Part shown: positions 12,160 to 20,171 of the stretch, one piece after another | Position numbering within the stretch: position 1 is the stretch's first letter | How the letters are laid out: each line of letters begins with the position of its first letter | DNA from: Eledone cirrhosa | Lineage: Eukaryota | DNA length: 29,000 bases | Direction: 5' to 3' | Assembly: GCA_964016885.1 (NCBI GenBank) | Contig: CAXHJY010000617.1 | Location: 1-29,000 of the forward strand | Made by a program: the position numbers and the translations under genes | The notes under the pieces: generated by a model | Told to the model about the DNA's origin: nothing | Seen by the model: only the letters and a program-made list of their open reading frames with translations | Databases searched by the model: none

Positions 12160-12346
12160 TGTTTCTACTTCAGGCACAAGGCCAGCAAATAACCCAGTGC
12201 ATTACTGGTACTTTATTTTATCGACCCCGTAAGGATGAAAGGCAAAGTCAACCTCGGCGGGATTTGAACTCAGATCGTAAAGGGACGTAACTATGCTGGA
12301 AAGCATGGCGTCCGACCCTCTACCGATACTGCCAATCCACCGCCCT
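12160..12346 (-). mobile_element. Full-length tRNA-derived SINE, 16-bp TSD
   Basis: Same family, with A box TGGCAGTATCGG, B box GTTCAAATCC and body GCCTTTCATCCTTACGGGGTCGATAAAATAAAGTACCAGT. TSDs are AACGAACCATATTAAT (12144-12159) and AACGAATCATATTAAT (12347-12362). Confidence 0.93.
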
Positions 12347-12371
12347 AACGAATCATATTAATCTTTGGTTA

Positions 12372-12402
12372 TTATATATATATATGTGTGTGTGTGTGTA
12401 TA
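12372..12402. repeat. (TA)n(TG)n microsatellite
   Basis: Directly visible dinucleotide runs. Confidence 0.85.
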
Positions 12403-12567
12403 CAATATGTAGAAAGGATAACACACTAGAGAGAGATAGAGTGTGTGCGATCAAAAAACAGGGAAACCACCAGTGTATGGAATCTATAAACTACGGAAGG
12501 TAAGGTAGACACTTAATAATTAAAAATATAAATCAAGACGTGTATACGCACCTTTATAACTATATAA

Positions 12568-12650
12568 CACACATGTACAAATCCAAAAGGATTCGTTTCG
12601 CCACTATATTAGTGGCTGAATTGTAAATACCAATGGTTCATCAGTGTGAG
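12568..12650 (-). ncRNA. Degenerate type I hammerhead-ribozyme-like motif (possibly the end of a Penelope-like element)
   Basis: The minus strand reads CUCACA-CUGAUGA-(21 nt)-GCCACUA AUA UAGUGGC-GAAA-CGAAUCC UUUU GGAUUUG-UA-CAUGUGUG. The core boxes, a 7-bp stem II, a 7-bp stem III and a GUA triplet are in the correct order. It has an insertion before stem II and an offset stem I. Confidence 0.5.
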
Positions 12651-12892
12651 CTCAGCAGATACATTCCAGACAACTTTAAAATACTTAAGATAACCGTCCC
12701 ACGCCACACGGTAGAGAGAAGTAATAGCGTGCGAAGGGCAGCGAACCAGCGGCCCCTGAGGGACGAGCCACCAGAAATGGCAGCCCGAAACCACTCAAAG
12801 AGAAGTGTTCAACCAAACAGAGAGAGGAAAGACTGTTATAAGGAGCAAAATATCCAAATATAAACGGAATCATAGACTTGCGTTATTCCCTG

Positions 12893-12950
12893 AAATAAAG
12901 TACCAGTGATGCACTGGGTTTTCGCTGGTCTTGTGCCAAAAGTAAAAACA
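12893..12950 (+). mobile_element. 5'-truncated SINE fragment
   Basis: AAATAAAGTACCAGTGATGCACTGGGTTTTCGCTGGTCTTGTGCCAAAAGTAAAAACA matches the 3' third of the SINE at 13291-13479. Confidence 0.8.
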
Positions 12951-13180
12951 CTATATATATGTGTGTGTATTATATATAGTTGAAGGAGACAACAAACAGA
13001 GGTACAAAAAGTCTTATTAGTTTCATGCTTTAAACACAGATAGTAAAATAACTGACGGTAAATTCTTCCTTGAAACACATGTTTACACTTTCAATATCCA
13101 GTAGAAGTAAATAAGTTCTGGAATTATTTAGCGAAACGAAATTTCGTAAAGAAAGATAAATAGTAAATTTTATTTCTTAT

Positions 13181-13286
13181 TAAATAAAATACCAGTAATT
13201 TACTGGTATCAGTTTAAGCAACCTTCCACTCTTCCTCAACACACAAAAAATTTGCTGGCCTTGTGTCTAAATCAGAAACAATTATT
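13181..13286 (+). mobile_element. 3' fragment of a longer, more diverged SINE variant
   Basis: TAAAATACCAGTAATTTACTGG...TTTGCTGGCCTTGTGTCTAAATCAGAAACAATTATT, with about 40 extra nt between the two conserved parts. Confidence 0.7.
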
Positions 13287-13290
13287 TTTA

Positions 13291-13479
13291 GTGGATTGGC
13301 AATATCGGTAGAAAGTCGGACGCCATGCTTTGACGCATAGAGTTACGGCCCTTGCCATTCTGAGTTCAAATCCCGCCCAGGTTAACTTTGCCTTTCATCC
13401 TTACGGGGTCGATAGAATAAAGTACCAGTAATCCACTGGGTAATTTGCTGACCTTGTGCCAAAAGTAGAAACAATTATT
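13291..13479 (+). mobile_element. Near full-length tRNA-derived SINE
   Basis: GTGGATTGGCAATATCGGTAG (A box), GAGTTCAAATCCCGCC (B box), GCCTTTCATCCTTACGGGGTCGATAG and tail GTAGAAACAATTATT. Confidence 0.92.
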
Positions 13480-13550
13480 TAAGGGCGGTGAAAAGGAAGG
13501 ACAATTCGTCTGGTGTAGTCCTAGATACACTATGCCTTGAAGTGTTATTT

Positions 13551-13950
13551 CTCGGAGAGGCCCTCGGCGTTGATGAAGTCGAACTGACCAGTCTGTTCTG
13601 GGCGAATTTCGAGCCAGAGACTATGGATAACTTCCAGTGTCCGTGCATTGCTGACTTGTGGAGTTAGGTCGAACAGCTGTTGTCGCGTGTAGAACGGATC
13701 CGGCTATCGACCAAGTCCATAGAGAGGATCGCCCCGCCGCCTTCTTTTGGCTGGGAAGGGCAGGCAGTTTTCCTCTGTCTGGTGGCGGTAATGAAGGAGG
13801 TTGTGTGGTGGACTAAGTTGAAAGGACATAAGACAGATACTTTTCTCTTCGGCCAATGCCTCATCAATTTTTTCAAGTTTCACTTGCAAAGGAAGGTGAG
13901 GGTGAAGAGAGAAGGGCTGCCCTCGGTACATTTGCTAAAGGTGGGCGAAT
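13551..13950 (+). mobile_element. Fragment of Tx1/L1-like non-LTR retrotransposon ORF2 C-terminus
   Basis: One frame reads LGEALGVDE...MDNFQ-CPCIADLWS*VEQLLSRV...VFLCLVAVMKEVVWWTKLKG...FFKFHLQRKVRV. The CP....LW..V...L and K..VW..K/R pattern is typical of the region after the zf-RVT CCHC knuckle. The segment is GC/CpG-richer than its flanks and has one in-frame stop. Family assignment is from motif recollection. Confidence 0.6.
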
Positions 13951-14233
13951 GTGACCAGAATGACCCGTGTACATGGGCCTATTCTGATCATGCACCTGCA
14001 GGCTGCAATTCACCACCAAGTGCGACAATCAGGGTCACATCACATCTTCGAGGTTAGCTAAATACTTTGAGGCAAGCCAACTCACTCGCAGCATTGCCAT
14101 GGGTGATGGCCAGGTTCTTCTAAGACAGTAGAGGGTGGTTTGCAGATCTACCTATGATGAAAGGCACTCCAGTTATGACCAACCCATATAATTTTAAATT
14201 ATAATGTATCTAGGCCTATACCTAGGCCTATCC

Positions 14234-14678
14234 TAAAGGATGCAGTGTCTCCACAGCTAACAATTGATGCAGCTAGTTTGTTCCATGGAGGTTTTAAAGG
14301 ATGCAGTGTCACGACAGCTAACAACTGATGCAGGTAGTTTGTTCCATGGAGGTTTTAAAGGATGCAGTGTCACGACAGCTAACAACTGATGCAGCTAGTT
14401 TGTTCCATGGAGGTTTTAAAGGATGCAGTGTCACGACAGCTAACAACTGATGCAGGTAGTTTGTTCCATGGAAGTTTTAAAGGATGCAGTGTCTCGACAG
14501 CTAACAACTGATGCAGGTAGTTTGTTCCATGGAGATTTTAAAGGATGCAATGTCTCGACATCTAACAACTGAAGCAGGTAGTTTGTTCCATGGAGGTTTT
14601 AAAGGATGCAGTGTCTCGACAGCTAACAACTGATGCAGGTAGTTTGTTCCATGGAGGTTTTAAAGGATGCAGTGTCTC
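14234..14678 (-). repeat. 61-bp tandem repeat (~7.3 copies) derived from CR1-type LINE ORF2 3' end
   Basis: Unit TAAAGGATGCAGTGTCWCGACAGCTAACAACTGATGCAGGTAGTTTGTTCCATGGAGGTTT. Its reverse complement translates as WNKLPASVVSCRDTASFKTSM. Confidence 0.9.
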
Positions 14679-15192
14679 AAAATTTTTAAATAAATACTTA
14701 AATTCAATTTGTATAATTACACATACAATATGTTATGTTGTAAAACCCTAAATAATGATTTAAGAAATGATGTCAATCTCTTTGTACAGAGAAAAACAAT
14801 TTATATATATGCATTGTGTGCGCGTGTATACTCCATTTAAGACAGCGAAAAACCTAGTACCTCCTTCAAAGAATGCCAAATAGTTTATGCCTAAGGTGTA
14901 ACACTAATTAAGTTACCGGTGTAGATATTTCAGTTGAACCCTGCTTCAAACATGCATATTATTATTATATATTTTCAAACACACTTACATACATTATATT
15001 TATACACATAGAAATAATAAGTTAAAACTAAAGTATAATGATATAACAACAGTATATAATAGTTTTCTTCACTTTATTGAGATGCAATCGTTTTAAAGAA
15101 AAAACATGACAGTATAAGAAATATTTAATATGAGAACATAATATTTCAGGTAGGATGGTGGTTTCTCTATGATGGTGGTTTCTCTTTGAACT

Positions 15193-15363
15193 AATAATTG
15201 TTTCTATTTTAGGCACAAGGCCAGCAATTAACCAGTACATTACTGGTACTTTATTTTATCGACCCCGTAAGGATGAAAGGCAAAGTTAACCTCGGATCGT
15301 AAAGGGACGTAACTATGCTGGAAAGCATGGCGTCAGACCCTCTACCGATACTGCCAATTCACC
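15193..15363 (-). mobile_element. tRNA-derived SINE with B box deleted
   Basis: Very close to the 12160-12346 copy (shared ATCGTAAAGGGACGTAACTATGCTGGAAAGCATGGCGTC) but lacks 16 nt (CGGGATTTGAACTCAG on the + strand) at ~15295. Confidence 0.9.
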
Positions 15364-15382
15364 ACACAGTATAATTATACAA

Positions 15383-15541
15383 ATATGCATATAGATAGCA
15401 ATATATATACACTAATATGTATGTACATATTTACACATATGTACATATATATAGTGAGAGAGAGAGACACATGTATGTATATATATATACACATGCGTGT
15501 ATGTATGTGTGTTTATGTACATTCTTCTGTATATATATATG
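15383..15541. repeat. Degenerate (TA)/(TG)/(GA) low-complexity tract
   Basis: Mixed ATATAT, GTATGT and GAGAGA runs. Confidence 0.75.
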
Positions 15542-15564
15542 AGTCACGGTTTATTACACATTGG

Positions 15565-17418
15565 AGACACAGAGGGAGAGAGTTGTAACGAGAAGTGAGA
15601 GAGAGAGAGTTGTAACGAGAGGTGAGAGAAAGAGAGTTGGAACGAGAGAGAGAGAGAGTTGAAACGAGAGGTGAGAGAGTTGAAACAAGAGAGTAGAGAG
15701 AGAGAGTTGAAACGAGGAGAGAGTTGAAACAAGAGGGTGAGGGGAGAGAGGGGAGAGAGTGATGAAACGAGTTGGAGATAGTGTGAAAGAGAGAGAGAGA
15801 GGAAGAGAGAGAGAGAGAGGAAGAGAGAGGAAGAGAGAGAGAGAGAGGGGAAGAGAGACAGAGGGAGAGAGGGGGATGAAACAAGAGAGAGAGGGATGAA
15901 ACAAGAGGGTGAGGGATGAAACAAGAGAGAGAGGGGAGAGAAAGAGAGAGAGAGAGAGAGAAAGAATTGAAACAAGAGAGAGATGAAACAAGTGAGGGAT
16001 TAGAGTGTTGAAACAAGAGAGAGGAAGAGAGAGAGAGAGCGAGATGAAATGAGAGAGAGAGAGTGAGATGAAATGAGAGAGAGAGAGTGAGATGAAATGA
16101 GAGAGTGAGAGCGAGATGAAACGAGACAGGGAGAGCGAGATGAAACGAGAGAGTGAGAGCGAGATGAAACGAGAGAGTGAGAGCGAGATGAAACGAGAGA
16201 GAGTGAGATGAAATGAGAGAGAGAGATGAGATGAAATGAGAGAGAGAGAGCGAGATGAAATGAGACAGAGAGAACGGGATGAAACGAGAGAGAGAGAGAG
16301 CGAGATGAAACGAGACAGAGAGAGCGAGATGAAATGAGAGAGAGAGAGAGAGAGCGAGATGAAACGAGAGAGAGAGAGCGAGATGAAACGAGAGTGAGAG
16401 AGCGAGATGAAATGAGAGAGTGAGAGTGAGATGAAATGAGAGAGAGAGAGAACGAGATGAAATGAGAGAGAGAGAGCGAGATGAAACGAAACAGAGAGAG
16501 CGGGATGAAACAAGACAGAGAGAGCGAGATGAAATGAGAGAGAGAGAGCGAGATGAAACGAGACAGAGAGAGTGAGATGAAACGAGAGAGAGAGTGCGAG
16601 ATGAAATGAGAGAGAGAGAACGAGATGAAATGAGAGAGTGAGAGCTAGATGAAACGACAGAGAGAGGAAACGAGAGAGAGAGGAAACGAGAGAGAGGAAA
16701 CGAGAGTAGAGAGCGAGATGAAACAGGAGAGAGAGAGCGAGATGAAACAGGAGAGAAAGAGCGAGATGAAACAAGAGGGAGAGAGAGATGAAACGAGAGA
16801 GCAAGAGAGAGATAGAGGGAGATGAAACGACAGAGAGAGAGACAGATGAAACGAGGGAGATAGAGATGAAACGGGAGAGAGAGATGAAACGAGAGAGAGA
16901 AAGAGAGAGATGGAACGAGAGAGAGGAAGAGAGAGATGGAACGAGAGAGAGAAAGAGAGAGATGGAACGAGAGAGAGGAAGAGAGAGATGGAACGAGAGA
17001 GAGGAAGAGAGAGATGGAACGAGAGAGAGGAAGACAGAGATGAAACGAGAGAGAGAGAGAGCGAGATGAAACGAGAGAGAGGAAGAGAGAGAACGCGAGA
17101 TGAAACGAGAGAGAGAGAGAGATGAAACGAGAGAGAGGAAGAGAGAGAGCGCGAGATGAAATGAGAGAGAGAGAGCGCGAGATGAAAGTCTGTCATGTAA
17201 TGTTATGGGCATATCTGCCCTTGGGGCTAATAATTGTCATGTAATGTTATGGACATCTCTGCCCCTGTGGCTAATAATTCTGTCATGTAATGTTATGGAC
17301 ATCTCTGCCCCTGTGGCTAATAATTCTGACATGTAATGTTATGGACATCTCTGCCCCTGTGGCTAATAATTCTGACATGTAATGTTATGGACATCTCTGC
17401 CCCTGTGGCTAATAAATC
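15565..17418 (-). repeat. Composite satellite, reverse orientation (extended GA block and 5 units of the 46-mer)
   Basis: GA-rich block at 15565-17190 with the cap at ~15975-16018, then the 46-bp array at 17190-17418. Confidence 0.96.
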
Positions 17419-20016
17419 AGAATTATTAGCCACAGGGGCAGAGATGTCCATAACATTACATGACAGAATTATTAGCCACAGGGGCAGAGATGTCCATAAC
17501 ATTACATGACAGAATTATTAGCCACAGTGGCAGATATGTCCATAACATTACATGACAGAATTATTAGCCACAGGGGCAGAGATGTCCATAACCTTACATG
17601 ACAATTATTAGCCCCAAGGGCAGATATGCCCATAACATTACATGACAGACTTTCATCTCGCGCTCTCTCTCTCTCTCGTTTCATCTTGCGCTCTCTCTCC
17701 CTCGTTTCATCTCGCTCTCTCTCTCTCTCGTTTCATCTCTGGCTTCCTCTCTCTCGTTCCATCTCTCTCTTCCTCTCTCTCGTTTCATCTCTAACTCCCT
17801 CTTTCATCTGTCTCTTTCTCTGTCGTTTCATCTCGCGCTCTCTCTCTTTCGTTTCATCTCGCGCTCTCTCTCGTTTCATCTCTGTCTTCCTCTCTCTCGT
17901 TCCATCTCTCTCTTCCTCTCTCTCGTTCCATCTCTCTCTTACTCTCTCTCGTTTCATCTCTATCTCCCTCGTTTCATCTCTCTCTCGCTCTCTCGTTTCA
18001 TCTCTCTCTCCCTCTCGTTTCATCTCGCTCTCTCTCTCCTGTTTCATCTCGCTCTCTACTCTCGTTTCCTCTCTCTCGTTTCCTCTCTCTCGTTTCCTCT
18101 CTCTCTCGTTTCCTCTCTGTCTCGTTTCATCTCGCTCTCACTCTCTCGTTTCGTCTCGCTTCTCTCACTCTCGCGTTTCATCTCGCTCTCCCTGTCTCAT
18201 TTCATCTCGCTCTCTCTCTCTCTCTCTTCCTCTCTCTCTCTTGTTTCAACACTCTAATCCCTCACTTGTTTTATCTCTCTCTAATCCCTCACTTGTTTCA
18301 TCTCTCAGAATGATTAGCCACAGGGCGGAGATGTCCATAATATTACATGTCAGAATTATTAGCCATAGGGGCAGAGATGTCCATAACATTACATGTCAGA
18401 TTTATTAGCCACAGGGGCAGAGATGTCCATAACATTACATGACAGAATTATTAGCCACAGGGGCAGAGATGTCCATAACATTACATGACAGAATTATTAG
18501 CCACAGGGGCAGAGATGTCCATAACATTACATGACAATTATTAGGCCCAAGGGCAGATATGTCCATAACATTACATGACAGAGTTTCATCTCGCGCTCTC
18601 TGTCTCTCGTTTCATCTCGCTCTCGTTTCATCTCGCTCTCTCTCGTTTCATATCTGTCTTCCTCTCTCTCGTTCCATCTCAATCTTCCTCTCTCTCGTTT
18701 CATCTCTATCTCTCTCTCTCGTTTCATCTCTATCTCCCTCGTTTCATCTGTCTCTCTCTCTGTCGTTTCATCCCCCTCTATCTCTCTCTCCCTCTCGTTT
18801 CATCTCGCTCTCTCTTTCCTGTTTCATCTCGCTCTCTCTCTCTCCTGTTTCATCTCGCTCTCTACTCTCGTTTCCTCTCTCTCTCGTTTCATCTCTCTCT
18901 CGCTCCCGTTTCATCTCGCTCTCTCTCTCTCGTTTCATCTCGCTCACACTCTCTCGTTTCATCTCGCTCTCACTCTATCGTTTCATCTGGCTCTCCCCGT
19001 CTCGTTTCATCTTGCTCTCACTCTCTCATTTCATCTCGCTCTCTCTCTCTTGTTTCAACACTCTAATCCCTCACTTGTTTCATCTCTCTCAGAATTATTA
19101 GCCACAGGGGCAGAGATGACCATAACATTACATGTCAGAATTATTAGCCACAGGGGCATAGATGTCCATAACATTACATGTCAGAATTATTAGCCACAGG
19201 GGCAGAGATGTCCATAACATTACATGACAATTATTAGCCCCAAGGGCAGATATGTCCATAACATAACATGACAGAGTTTCATCTCGCGCTCTCTCTCTCT
19301 CGTTTCATCTCGCGCTCCCTCTCTTCCTCTCTCTCGTTTCATCTCGCTCTCTCTCTCTTGTTTCAACACTCTAATCCCTCACTTGTTTCATCTCTCTCAG
19401 AATTATTAGCCACAGGGGCAGAGATGTCCATAGCATTACATGTCAGAATTATTAGCCACAGGGACAGAGATGTCCATAACATTACATGACAGATTTATTA
19501 GCCACAGGGGCAGAGATGTCCATAACATTACATGACAGATTTATTAGCCACAGGGGCAGAGATGTCTATAACATTACATGACATAATTATTAGCCACAGG
19601 GGCAGAGATGTCCATAACATTACATGACAATTATTAGCCCCAAGGGCATATATGTCCATAACATTACATGACAGAGTTTCATCTCGCGCTCTCTCTCTCT
19701 CGTTTCATAATTTATTAGCCACAGGCGCAGAGATGACCATAACATTACATGACAATTATTAGCCACAGGGGCAGATATGTCCATAACATTACATGTTATG
19801 GACATCTCTGCCCCTGTGGCTAATAATTCTGTCATGTAATGTTATGGACATCTCTGCCCCTGTGGCTAATAATTCTGACATGTAATGTTAGGGACATCTC
19901 TGCCCCAGTGGCTCATAATTCTGACATGTAATGTTATGGACATCTCTGCCCCTGTGGCTAATAATTCTGTCATGTAATGTTATGGACATCTCTGCCCCTG
20001 TGGCTAATAATTCTGT

Positions 20017-20171
20017 TCAAATCTGACTGACATGCATGGTATATATTTATGTTTCATTATACAACGACACAATACACAGGAACTTATAAAGAAATGTATA
20101 TATTGTCCAGGAGTTTCGAGTTTAGTGGGAATTGTACAACTCTCAATTGGAGCTAGTCGCTGAGCTAGTCC
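20017..20171. other. 155-bp non-repetitive cassette inside the satellite (copy 1)
   Basis: TCAAATCTGACTGACATGCATGG...GGAGCTAGTCGCTGAGCTAGTCC lies between divergent 46-mer units and recurs 4057 bp downstream. Confidence 0.9.

Noticed and set aside
13110-13155. Second hammerhead-like motif (CGAAACGAAATTTCGTA)
   Set aside because: It has GAAA, a short stem and GUA, but no CUGANGA box or stem II upstream.
13291-13380. tRNA gene
   Set aside because: A and B boxes are present, but they continue into a shared SINE body and tail in several copies, and no proper cloverleaf is evident.
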